The notes below the pieces were generated by a model. It searched no databases. It had not been told where the DNA came from and saw nothing but the letters and a program-made list of their open reading frames with translations. A DNA stretch of 64,000 nt from Phycisphaeraceae bacterium (GTDB taxonomy: Bacteria > Planctomycetota > Phycisphaerae > Phycisphaerales > Phycisphaeraceae). Shown one piece after another: positions 20,576-29,483 of this stretch. The position numbers were made by a program, and so were the translations under genes. Where the stretch lies: NCBI GenBank assembly GCA_963674705.1, contig OY771506.1, positions 1,248,001 through 1,312,000 on the forward strand, read 5' to 3'. The stretch's first letter is position 1. Every line of letters starts with the position of its first letter.

Positions 20576-21406
20576 CGCGCACGCTGGCAGCGTGCGGCTA
20601 TAAGCTCTTAGTAAACAGTACGCGTTCAGAAGCAACCAGCCGCGAGCAGCCCTGCTCGCGCGCTGAACGCCCAACAATCATTACCCGTCCCGAAGCAACC
20701 AGCCGCAGGCAGCCCCGCCTGCGCGCCAACCCTTCAGCAATCATTGCCCTTCCCTTCAAACCAACACACCCCCCGATGGTCGGGCAGATACACCCCCAGC
20801 AGATAATCAAAGTGCTCCTGATCCGCGACATGTTTCTGACTGCCACCACGGCCGAACCAGTGTGCTTTACGTGAATGTTCATTTAACCTGCGCGTCAGCG
20901 ATTGCTTCAGGTTCTGCCGAACATCTTTCGCGTCTTTTTCAGTCGACAAACTCACAAGTATGTGAACATGCGATGCATCGGTTGCAATCCCGTGCAGCCG
21001 CAATGATTGGTTCTCGCATGCTTCTTTAGTAATGGCGATCAGTTGTGTTTGAATCTGCGCATCAAACTTAACAACCACCTGCTGTTGTCTTTCACGATAA
21101 CGATCCGCCATCTTGATGCTTTGTGGTTGAATCCCTTTGCCCCGCTGAACGTATCCGCGCTTGCGATCGGGCATCCACGAACCATAAGCATGAAACGTGA
21201 AGAGATAAACCGGCATATGGGGATTGTACAAAGAACGCTGCGTAGAAGGTATTTGTAATAGAAAATCCGCGCACGCTGGCAGCGTGCGGCTATTGGCTAT
21301 TGGTAATCAAAGTGTGTTCAGAAGCAACCAGCCGCAGGCAGCCCTGCCTGCGCGCCGACCGACCAGTAACCATTACCCGTCATGAACAACCAGCCGCGGG
21401 CAGCCC
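20576..21406. repeat. Six REPs of RAYT-2: 20576-20599, 20638-20662, 20701-20725, 21268-21291, 21330-21354, and partial 21392-21406
   Basis: AGCCGC-[hairpin]-GCGCG, e.g. AGCCGCAGGCAGCCCTGCCTGCGCG; reverse copies read CGCGCACGCTGGCAGCGTGCGGCT. Confidence 0.9.
20734..21216 (-). mobile_element. HUH/Y1 tyrosine transposase, REP-associated (RAYT-like) no. 2
   Basis: MPVYLFTFHAYGSWMPD, HUH motif HVH, WFGRGGS, candidate catalytic Tyr in YLPDH; REP arrays on both sides. Confidence 0.85.
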
Positions 21407-21591
21407 GGCCAGCTTCCCGCCCAACGCTTTGGGCACGGGCGCAGCCACCGCCACCGCTTCACTTTCCGATCCTTCTTCACGGCGCATGGCGGGCATTGTA
21501 GCCATGTAGAAAAAGCACGCGCATCTGTGAGGATTGGGTAAGTAAACCACCCACTATCGGACACCGGCTATTAATGCCCGCCCTTCTGCTG

Positions 21592-21619
21592 TAAACGTTC
21601 GCGGAAAACAGGTCGATAT
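21592..21619 (+). promoter_or_regulatory. Putative sigma-28 promoter
   Basis: TAAA-N16-GTCGATAT, about 50 bp upstream of ATG 21669. Confidence 0.55.
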
Positions 21620-21668
21620 CAGTCAGACGGTTCTGTTCAAACATATTAACTCTGACCAGGGGAATTCG

Positions 21669-22613
21669 ATGAGCATTTTAAAAGCGCGAACCATTCTTGC
21701 GGCCGCCATCTTTGTCATGTCCGCCGCAACTGTTCTTGCTTCCGACAACGCATCCGAGCCGGTCAATCTCGTCGGCAAACGAACTTTTACGCAGGGCGAG
21801 CTGTTCAAGATCAACGGCTCGAGAACGATTAAGAAACACATCGTCGTCACTTCGTTCGGCCGAAAGGTCGACGACAAGGTCTTGAAGATGACCTTGGAAG
21901 CCGAACTCGAAGTCTATATCGCAAAAGTCGACGAGGAAGGCGCGGTTCGGCAAGCGAAGTTTCGTATTGTGTCATGCGATGTCAAAGACGAGTACGGTCT
22001 AATGACGGCTCTGCCGCAAGGCACCGTGCTCACCGTTTCGTTGAATGACATCGGTGAATCAACCATCACAAAAGATGGCGAGTTGCTTGATGATTCGGCA
22101 GCTCAATGGGTCGATGGTTTTACCCTGTTGCTGGATAATGACCACGGTGAATACTTGAACCCTGGCCACGAAGTCAGTCCGGGTGAGTCTTGGCCGGTAG
22201 ATGCAAAACAGATCGCCGCGAAACAAAACGCATCTGAATCCAGTTTCGTGATTCATGAAAAACAGATTAAGGGTAACGTCGTGTTTGATGGCGTTCGCAA
22301 GTACCCCAACTCGCCATTGTACGAGATATCCTACCACATGGACTTGGGCGAAATCCCCTTCCCCGACTCGGCTGTGTTTGGTGGGCTGAAGGTTCAAACC
22401 AACTCTCTGAAAGTCGACAGCAAAATGTTTATACCCGCTGATAATCATTCGCCAATCGTTGGACACAAGGAATCGGCCATCAACTATCACCGGCTGGTTG
22501 ATAAGCAAGACCCCAATCGTATGGTGATTCAACAGACCTTGATACTCTCACAGCAGTATCAGCGGATGCCCGTGAACACACAGCTTGGCGCTGTTGATGA
22601 ATCACACCATTAA
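21669..22613 (+). CDS. Exported hypothetical protein
   Basis: Signal peptide (TVLA-S); beta-rich mature region with a VSPGESW motif. Confidence 0.75.
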   Translation: MSILKARTILAAAIFVMSAATVLASDNASEPVNLVGKRTFTQGELFKINGSRTIKKHIVVTSFGRKVDDKVLKMTLEAELEVYIAKVDEEGAVRQAKFRIVSCDVKDEYGLMTALPQGTVLTVSLNDIGESTITKDGELLDDSAAQWVDGFTLLLDNDHGEYLNPGHEVSPGESWPVDAKQIAAKQNASESSFVIHEKQIKGNVVFDGVRKYPNSPLYEISYHMDLGEIPFPDSAVFGGLKVQTNSLKVDSKMFIPADNHSPIVGHKESAINYHRLVDKQDPNRMVIQQTLILSQQYQRMPVNTQLGAVDESHH

Positions 22614-22687
22614 ACGCATGTCATCAGGCAACAGTAGCGGGGTGCTCTATCGGCTCGTTAAGTAATCGCCCGTCAGGAAGTGTTGTG

Positions 22688-23677
22688 TTAAGCCATGGGC
22701 GGTGTTGCGCGCGACACGGTCCTGGCCACCACAGGCGGATCGATCGCCGTGGTTTCGCTTGCTTTCGGCTTCGGCGCTTTCGTGCCGACCGCCTTGGGCA
22801 TCTGATCTTCGCGCGGCATCACGATCTGTTTGGCCAGGCCCACCAGCGACAGCGCGCGGATCGTCCAGTACGTCAGGTCGAACTCATACCAGCGCAGCCC
22901 GTGTGCGGCGGAGCGAGGCAACGCGTGATGGTTGTTATGCCAGCCTTCGCCGAAGCTAAGCAGTGCAACCCACCAGAGGTTGGTCGACTTTTCGCCGGTT
23001 TCTTCGTAGTTCTGATAGCCCCACGTGTGTGCGGCGGAGTTCACGAACCACGTGATGTGGAACACCGCAACGGTGCGGAACGCAATCGCCCAGACGATCC
23101 ACGATAAACCCAGTTGCCAACCACCGATTGCAAAACCGATCGCAAACAGCAATACGGTCAACACCAACTGCGGCACGAAGAAGTAGCGGTTAAGAACGCG
23201 CTGACCTTTATCACGCAGCAGGTCTTTTGCAGCATCTTCACCGCAGATGCCTTCGAGTTTGTCGTGCAATGTCCAAAGAATGTGTGCCCACGTGAAGCCG
23301 TGCTCCGGGCTGTGCGGATCGTGATCGGTGTCAGAGTGTTTGTGATGTAAACGATGCACGCCCACCCACGTGACCGGGCCGCCTTGCCAGGCAAGACAAC
23401 CGCAAACAGTCAAGACGTACTCGAACCACTTGGGCGTCTTGAACGAACGATGTGTTAACAGGCGGTGGTAACAGAGCGTGATACCGATGCCGCCGGTGAT
23501 CCAACCGAGCAGTAGCGCCAGGATCAATCCCGACCAACTGAACAGGCTCGGAACGAACACAAACAACGCGATCAGATGCATCATGCCGATGCCGAGGATC
23601 ACCGTCCAATTCAGGTTCGCCCATTCAATCCCGCCACGACGTGGCGCGGCAGGTACATCACTATTTTGTTTGGGCAT
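22688..23677 (-). CDS. Delta-9 acyl-lipid/acyl-CoA fatty acid desaturase
   Basis: His boxes HRLLTH, HRLHH and HNNHH; GEGWHNNHH. Start at MPKQNSD. Confidence 0.95.
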   Translation of the reverse strand: MPKQNSDVPAAPRRGGIEWANLNWTVILGIGMMHLIALFVFVPSLFSWSGLILALLLGWITGGIGITLCYHRLLTHRSFKTPKWFEYVLTVCGCLAWQGGPVTWVGVHRLHHKHSDTDHDPHSPEHGFTWAHILWTLHDKLEGICGEDAAKDLLRDKGQRVLNRYFFVPQLVLTVLLFAIGFAIGGWQLGLSWIVWAIAFRTVAVFHITWFVNSAAHTWGYQNYEETGEKSTNLWWVALLSFGEGWHNNHHALPRSAAHGLRWYEFDLTYWTIRALSLVGLAKQIVMPREDQMPKAVGTKAPKPKASETTAIDPPVVARTVSRATPPMA

Positions 23678-23810
23678 TCGGTTACTCTCGTCGTGGAATG
23701 GGTAGTCAATAGAGGTGGCACATGGTAGGTGCATCGGTCCGGCAATGCCAACGCCATGAACAAACATTTGCCCCTTGCGAGCTAAACCGCATGTGAGCCC
23801 GTGTCAATTG

Positions 23811-23832
23811 AGTACTTATGTATATAAGGACT
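23811..23832. promoter_or_regulatory. 22-bp imperfect palindrome (operator or recombination-site-like)
   Basis: AGTACTTATGTATATAAGGACT, adjacent to a minus-strand TTGACA (23802-23807) upstream of the desaturase. Confidence 0.5.
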
Positions 23833-23942
23833 TATCCACCGTTATATGAGCGCACATGTTCGGCGCAACCGGTGCGCATGCGCACGTAGACGGCAAGGAA
23901 TGTGTCAGATATGCGACTTTTAATCTTCAGCCGTGTGAAAAC

Positions 23943-24686
23943 CTATTTTACGACGACGTTGCGCGTCACGACCTGCGCATTTTCGCGCGACAGGCTCGGG
24001 ATCAGGGGCAGCACCGCATCGACCATCTTCTGTTCGGAGATAGCGGCACTGTTGAAGGTGACGGTGAACAAACTGGCGGACAACGGCGTGCTGGGCCAGT
24101 AGCGCTTGTAGAACGAAGCGCGGTTCTGATCGATCCGACGCACTTCCGACGCGGCGTGTTTGTGATCGCAATCAAGCGCCTTCGCCATCTGATCAATGCG
24201 ATACTCAAGCGGCGCGACGATCTGGATGTGTACGCCGCGCGGCATGTTCTGCGTGATCAGCGCGCCGCCCCGTCCGACGATGACGGCCCGGCCGCCCTGC
24301 GCCAAGCCGCGGATCGTCTCGGCGACGCGGCGGTAGACCTGCGACTCGGTTGTCTGTGCGGACAAGCCGGCGAAGACGTCATACAGCCAGGAGTGGCATT
24401 GTTCACCGAGCAGGTTGACCAGTGTCTTGTGCAGGTTGTGGTCTTGCGAGACCTTTTCGACAAGTTCCTTGTCGAATCCTGTCCAAGGCGTCTGGCCCGG
24501 TTCCGGCGGGTCCAGCACGTTGAGCCGTGTGACCAGGCCGCGCATCAGCGACCGTCCTCCGGCGCCGGCTTCCCGGCTGATAGTGATGAAGGGGGGCGAG
24601 GTTTTGGCCGTGCTGTCCACGCGTTCACCGATGTTATGGACATGAGACCGGACCGCCGCCACGATAGGGTTGAGCCTGTTCATCAC
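23943..24686 (-). CDS. Cytidylate kinase-like family protein
   Basis: FITISREAGAGG P-loop, AVIVGRGG, APLEYRI, DQNRASFYKRY. Confidence 0.88.
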   Translation of the reverse strand: MMNRLNPIVAAVRSHVHNIGERVDSTAKTSPPFITISREAGAGGRSLMRGLVTRLNVLDPPEPGQTPWTGFDKELVEKVSQDHNLHKTLVNLLGEQCHSWLYDVFAGLSAQTTESQVYRRVAETIRGLAQGGRAVIVGRGGALITQNMPRGVHIQIVAPLEYRIDQMAKALDCDHKHAASEVRRIDQNRASFYKRYWPSTPLSASLFTVTFNSAAISEQKMVDAVLPLIPSLSRENAQVVTRNVVVK

Positions 24687-24831
24687 ACGCTCCTTTCAGC
24701 GCTAAAGCGCCAGATATGTCGCCCAATACTCTATCGTAATTATAGATCAGGATTTTGCGTATCCAAGTGCGGGATGGAAAGTGCAGGCAGAAACTTTTGA
24801 TTAACCACCACTGTTTTGAAGAGAGGAATTA

Positions 24832-24922
24832 GCCACGAAAAGTCACAAAATGCTCAAAAGGTTGGTGGCGTTAACACGCATTAAGTGCACTGATTTTTGT
24901 GGATTTTGTGCCTTTTTGTGGC
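24832..24922. repeat. Periodic inverted-repeat element
   Basis: GCCACGAAAAGTCACAAAATGCTCAAAA ... TTTTGTGGATTTTGTGCCTTTTTGTGGC. Confidence 0.75.
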
Positions 24923-24970
24923 GGTAATCCGGGTTGGCGCCCGCGTGCTGAAGCACGCTTGCCTGGGGGG

Positions 24971-25861
24971 TTAGGCGGTATGGGCGTTGAGGAGGTTTTC
25001 GTAGGCGGTGAATGGGACTTTCTGGCTGCCCAGGGCGATGGTTTTGCGGGAGCCGTGGTAGTCGCTGCCGCCGGTGGTCAGGAGTTTGAAGCGTTGGGCG
25101 AGCTTGTTGAATTGCTCGACGTCGCTGGGGTTGTGGTCTGAGTGGCGTGACTCGATGCCATCAAGCCCGAGGCTTCTGAGTTTGGCGACGGCGTGTTCGA
25201 GCTTTTCGTGCGAGGTAAACCCGAGCTGAACGGGATGGGCGAGCACCGCCAGGCCGCCCGCCTCGTGGATGGCGTTGATCGCTTCTTCCGCTGAAAGCCG
25301 GTCTTTACGGACATAAGCCAACCCGCCCTGGCCGATGTAGCGTGAGAACGCTTCGTGAATGGACTTTACATAGCCCTTCTGCATCAGGACCTGCCCGATG
25401 TGCGGTCGGCCGACGATCAAGCCCGCTTCATTGGTTGAACCTTTAGCGCCGCCGGCGGCTTCGATGACTTCTTCGTAATCGATCTGTAAACCGAGTTCCT
25501 TGAGTTTCACGACCATGGCGGGGTTGCGCTGGGCGCGGGCTTCGCGCAGGCGCACCTCGATGGCGGCAAGATGCGATGCATCGGGTTCGATGTAATAGCC
25601 GAGGATGTGCAGCGTACCGAGGCGGTCGACCTTGTCGGGGTTGTCATAGAACAGCGACGGGTCGGCGGACAGTTCGATGCCGGGGACAGCCTTGATCTTC
25701 GCCTTTTTTGCGGCGGCGAGGAAGGCGTCGAGGCCGGCGGTGGTGTCGTGATCGGTCAGCGCGACGGCGCTGAGGCCCGCCTGCTTGGCGAGCCGTGGCA
25801 GGTCTGCGGGCGCATCGGTCCCGTCGCTGGCGGTGGAATGGGTGTGCAGGTCGCAATACAT
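24971..25861 (-). CDS. PHP-domain phosphoesterase (TrpH/YciV-like)
   Basis: DLHTHSTASDG, LTDHDT, GRPHI, AHP, TGGSDYHG. Confidence 0.92.
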   Translation of the reverse strand: MYCDLHTHSTASDGTDAPADLPRLAKQAGLSAVALTDHDTTAGLDAFLAAAKKAKIKAVPGIELSADPSLFYDNPDKVDRLGTLHILGYYIEPDASHLAAIEVRLREARAQRNPAMVVKLKELGLQIDYEEVIEAAGGAKGSTNEAGLIVGRPHIGQVLMQKGYVKSIHEAFSRYIGQGGLAYVRKDRLSAEEAINAIHEAGGLAVLAHPVQLGFTSHEKLEHAVAKLRSLGLDGIESRHSDHNPSDVEQFNKLAQRFKLLTTGGSDYHGSRKTIALGSQKVPFTAYENLLNAHTA

Positions 25862-25989
25862 ATGTCAGATAGTAGCGGGTTTTACGAGGAAGATGTAGCC
25901 GCGGATGAACAGGGATCAACGCAGAGAAAAGCGCGCCAAGCCTCAAACGGCTTAAGGTTGCAGTTACTGGGACGTGGTCGGATTGGTGA

Positions 25990-26649
25990 TTATTCTTCGG
26001 CGGGTTTGACCGGCCGTTGCACTTCACCGTAGCGCAAGAAGCTCGGGACAAACGGGCTGTTGTAACCGAGGTATCGCGGTGGGCCGTCGGCTAGCCACTT
26101 GTCGTTGTGTTGATCAAGCCATGCGTCGAGTGTGGCGAGGGTGTTGTAAAAGCGTTTGTCGTTGTAGTTGCCGCGCACGCCGATCGAGGCGTAGGTCCGG
26201 GCGGGCATGTTTTCAACCGTGACATTACCATCATCGCCGGTCTTGCCCATGTCGGGTTGGCGGTAGAGAAAAGCCATAGAAGACATCGTGTTTGTCTGCT
26301 CGTTCTGGTAGCCCATTTCCACGGGTGAGGTCATGGCGATGTCGTTGGTCTTGATATGGTTGAACAGCTGCCCGAACATCTGGTTCATCCGGCCACCTGA
26401 TTGTGACGTGTCGTCGGCGTGAACGATCGCGGCGCGCACTTGCGGGTAGTCCTTGATCTCGACCTGTCCGACGGGTGTCAGGCTGGGCCAGCCTTCTGCG
26501 AGCGGTGCTTCGTGGATCAGCCATGGCGGCTTTTGCGTGGTCTTTTCGTTGTCGGTAGCACAACCGCTAACAGCAACCACACCAAGCGTGCACCATGTCA
26601 GTATTGTTCGCAGCAGCTTGTTCTTAATATGTAGAACGGAATCGTTCAT
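25990..26649 (-). CDS. SOUL heme-binding family lipoprotein
   Basis: Lipobox VSGC; FGQLFNHI, IAMTSPV, MAFLY, GYNSPF. Confidence 0.85.
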   Translation of the reverse strand: MNDSVLHIKNKLLRTILTWCTLGVVAVSGCATDNEKTTQKPPWLIHEAPLAEGWPSLTPVGQVEIKDYPQVRAAIVHADDTSQSGGRMNQMFGQLFNHIKTNDIAMTSPVEMGYQNEQTNTMSSMAFLYRQPDMGKTGDDGNVTVENMPARTYASIGVRGNYNDKRFYNTLATLDAWLDQHNDKWLADGPPRYLGYNSPFVPSFLRYGEVQRPVKPAEE

Positions 26650-26737
26650 GACCGCGCGTCTCCTGATACTTACCCATAATTATACGTTGGGTGTGTGCGA
26701 TCGGTTTCACATCCCCGGCATAAGTTGACTGTTAAAA

Positions 26738-27643
26738 TCAGTCGACCACAAGCGTGGAACGTGTGCCTGACCGGACAAGTTCTGTAAACAGATCAGAGAG
26801 TCTGTTGGTCATCGGGCCGGCTTGTTGGGGGAAGCTGTGATTGTCGAGCTTCACGACGGGAACGAGTTCGCCCATGGTGCCGGTGACGAACACTTCGTCG
26901 GCTTTAAAGAGGTCGGCGTGCGGGATGTCGGTGACGTTGTGCGGGATGTTGTTCTGCTTACACAGTTCGAGGACGGTAGCGCGGGTGATGCCTGTGGGGC
27001 AGGCGTCGCAGGTGGAGGTCAACACGGTGCCATCCTTAACGATGAAGACGTGTGTCGCGTTGGTTTCGGCGAGGTTGCCGTTGAGATCGAGCATCAGCGC
27101 ATCGTCGACGCCGGCGGCGTTGGCTTCCAGTTTTGCGAGGATGGAGGTTAGCTGGTTGCAGGAGTGGATGACCTGGTTGAGCACGTTCGCGGGCGGTCGG
27201 CGGTGGTTGGCGGTCATCAAGGTGATGCCGGAGCGGTCATAGACCGGGGGTTTGTGCTCGGCGAGTATGAAGTAGGAACAGCCTTGGTTGTTGATGCGCG
27301 GGTCGAGGCCTGATGTATATTTAAGGCCGCGCGAGACGGTCAGGCGGATGTGGACGTTGTCGCGCATGTTGTTAGCGGCGAGCGTGGCTTTGAGTTGATC
27401 GATCAGAAGCTCATCGTCGGGAAAGCCCTGGTATTGCAGCATATTTGCGCTTTTGCGCAGGCGTGCGAGGTGTTCGGGGAGTTTGAAGATGGCGCGATCG
27501 TAGAGGCGCAGACCTTCCCAGACCGCGTCGCCGTTCTGCACAGATGAATCGAACGGGGAGACGCCCGCTTGATCGCGGTGGACGAGTTGGCCGTTGATGT
27601 TGACGATGAGGTCGCGGTTTTTTTCGTTGAAGGTTTGGAGCAT
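26738..27643 (-). CDS. Aminotransferase class IV-like (fold-type IV PLP) protein
   Basis: GDAVWEGLR, HLARL, ETNATHVF, GITR, ADEVFVTGT; the canonical catalytic Lys position reads His (IHSCNQL). Confidence 0.9.
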   Translation of the reverse strand: MLQTFNEKNRDLIVNINGQLVHRDQAGVSPFDSSVQNGDAVWEGLRLYDRAIFKLPEHLARLRKSANMLQYQGFPDDELLIDQLKATLAANNMRDNVHIRLTVSRGLKYTSGLDPRINNQGCSYFILAEHKPPVYDRSGITLMTANHRRPPANVLNQVIHSCNQLTSILAKLEANAAGVDDALMLDLNGNLAETNATHVFIVKDGTVLTSTCDACPTGITRATVLELCKQNNIPHNVTDIPHADLFKADEVFVTGTMGELVPVVKLDNHSFPQQAGPMTNRLSDLFTELVRSGTRSTLVVD

Positions 27644-27692
27644 TGTTGGTGGCTGGTGTCTGGTGGCTCGTGGCTGGTAAGAAAGACAGTGA

Positions 27693-28451
27693 TTAGTTGA
27701 TGCGGTGGTTGGCGAGTATTTGGTAGAGGGATTCGGCTTGTTCGATCAGGGGTTCGTATTGTGGGTTAACGGGCTCGGATTTTTCGGTGCGTCGGGCGAA
27801 GCCGGTAGAGGCGTTGACGTTGTCGTACCAGTGTTTGGCCCAGATGCCGTCGTAAGGTTTGGAGCCGGGCTCCCAATTGAGCATGCGCTCTGTGAACGGC
27901 AGGCCGATGTAGTCGCATAGTTTGCTCAGCACGTTGCGCGGGTTGTCGAGCACATCGTCGGTGTCGATGACGGCAGGAATCCGGCCGGTCTGCTCTTGCA
28001 CCATGCGGAAGAGTTCGACTTGTTTGGGCAGTCCGGTTTCTTCGAGCGTGAGGTCGGGGACGACCTTGACCCACGAGCGGACGACATCGCGCGGGTCGCG
28101 GATGAGAAAGACGTGTGTCGCTTTGTCGAGCCAGTCCAGGGGGACGTTTTCGATCATGTGCTGGCACATGTGTTTCTGGTAGTAGAGTTCGATACCGTCG
28201 GGCAAGGGTGCGACAAGTTCATCGGCGACCTTGCGCGGATCGTTCTCGTAATGATTGATAATTTCCTCCCGGCCGGGGTGTGTGATGTGCGGGCGCTTTA
28301 ACAGGTAGTGTGCGTAGAACGGTTCGTCGACGACCTTGGTCGCCGGGCGGTTACCGAAGGATCGCATCATGGCGGTGGAGATATTGCGCGGGCCGGACCA
28401 CATGGCCAGGTGCGAGACGTTGCTGTTTTGGGGGGTGTTCTGGTACTGCAC
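27693..28451 (-). CDS. Sulfotransferase-like P-loop protein (homolog of the N-terminal domain of plant BCAT-like proteins)
   Basis: MWSGPRNISTAMMRSF, DEPFY, YQKHM, FLIRDP, WAKHWY. Confidence 0.85.
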   Translation of the reverse strand: MQYQNTPQNSNVSHLAMWSGPRNISTAMMRSFGNRPATKVVDEPFYAHYLLKRPHITHPGREEIINHYENDPRKVADELVAPLPDGIELYYQKHMCQHMIENVPLDWLDKATHVFLIRDPRDVVRSWVKVVPDLTLEETGLPKQVELFRMVQEQTGRIPAVIDTDDVLDNPRNVLSKLCDYIGLPFTERMLNWEPGSKPYDGIWAKHWYDNVNASTGFARRTEKSEPVNPQYEPLIEQAESLYQILANHRIN

Positions 28452-28583
28452 GCAAGGCAGTATATGCGGTTGTTTGGCGGGAGGTCACGTGGGAAACGGT
28501 CCAAAGATGTAATGTGAAGTTACATGGGGGGTAACACAATGCGGCGGATATGTGGCAGTAAACTGCGGCGCTAAACGGGTGGA

Positions 28584-29165
28584 TTATGCGGCGTGTTCTT
28601 TTCGGTCGGCCTGTTCGCCTAGGCGCATGGTGGACGTGCCGATTTTTCTTCGGATGGGTTTTTGGAAGAAGGTATTGTTGGGGACCTGGACGAGGTAGTC
28701 GTCGCCGTCGCGCAGGGTGGTGAAGATGAGGTTGAAGTTGATGACCTTGCCGCCGACCTCTTCGCCGGGGAATTCGATTTCGTCGCCGATGTTGAACGGC
28801 CGGGCGATCATGAGGATGACGGAGCAGAGCGTGTTGCTGAGCACACTCCAGACGGCGACGAAGCCGATCGCGATCATGGCGAGGATGGCGGTGACGGCGG
28901 CCCAGAGGTTTTCCAGCAGGCCGAACTGCTGCGCGATCAGCAGGACGGCGATGGGGAAGATGGTCCATCGGCAGAGCTTGCGGAGGATGGTGTATGTGTT
29001 TTCCGAGAGCCTGTGTTTACTGAGCAGGCCGGCGAGGCTGCGCGTCAGCGACCAGTAGACGATCAATGCGACGACGAGCACGACCACGGCCGCGAAGAAG
29101 CGTGAAATCATGTCGGGCTTCACATCGGGGAGGGCTTCCATGAGTTGTCTGATGTATTCGGTCAT
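28584..29165 (-). CDS. Small-conductance mechanosensitive channel family protein (short form)
   Basis: 3 TM segments, RPFNIGDEI, VQVPNN. Confidence 0.88.
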   Translation of the reverse strand: MTEYIRQLMEALPDVKPDMISRFFAAVVVLVVALIVYWSLTRSLAGLLSKHRLSENTYTILRKLCRWTIFPIAVLLIAQQFGLLENLWAAVTAILAMIAIGFVAVWSVLSNTLCSVILMIARPFNIGDEIEFPGEEVGGKVINFNLIFTTLRDGDDYLVQVPNNTFFQKPIRRKIGTSTMRLGEQADRKEHAA

Positions 29166-29239
29166 AAGTTCAACTATAGGCGCAGGCGAATTGATTGCCA
29201 GCGTTGATTTTGAGTTTGGGGTTGACGGATAGGAAGTTT

Positions 29240-29312
29240 AGCCGCGAAAGGACGCTAATAGACGCGAATAATCAGAGATTTTATTTGCGTCTATTAGCAT
29301 TGATTTGCGGCT
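29240..29312. repeat. Periodic inverted-repeat element
   Basis: AGCCGCGAA..GCTAATAGACGCGAAT ... ATTTGCGTCTATTAGC..TTTGCGGCT. Confidence 0.75.
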
Positions 29313-29483
29313 GATTCTGGTTTGGATGGTTGTTTGTTTTGTGGAAAAAACCATCGAAAAAATCGATTTATGGTTGACTTATTCATTCATTTGATTGACA
29401 CTATTGTGTAATCGGATGACCCATCCGCTTTTCCGGGCGTTTGGGTGGATCCTGCGAGACAAATTTACTTCCGGAGAGACGCC

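Larger units (their letters stand above)
20418..21522. repeat. 122-bp direct duplication of the MATE 5' end and promoter (20418-20539 and 21401-21522) flanking the RAYT-2 cassette
   Basis: Manual alignment gives 7 mismatches in 122 bp. Confidence 0.92.

Noticed and set aside
20576..21406. REP arrays as a CRISPR array
   Set aside because: Mixed orientation, irregular spacing, variable repeat sequence, no cas genes, and a HUH transposase in the middle.
28482..28498. GGTCACGTGGGAAAC as a parS site
   Set aside because: Poor match to TGTTTCACGTGAAACA and not palindromic.
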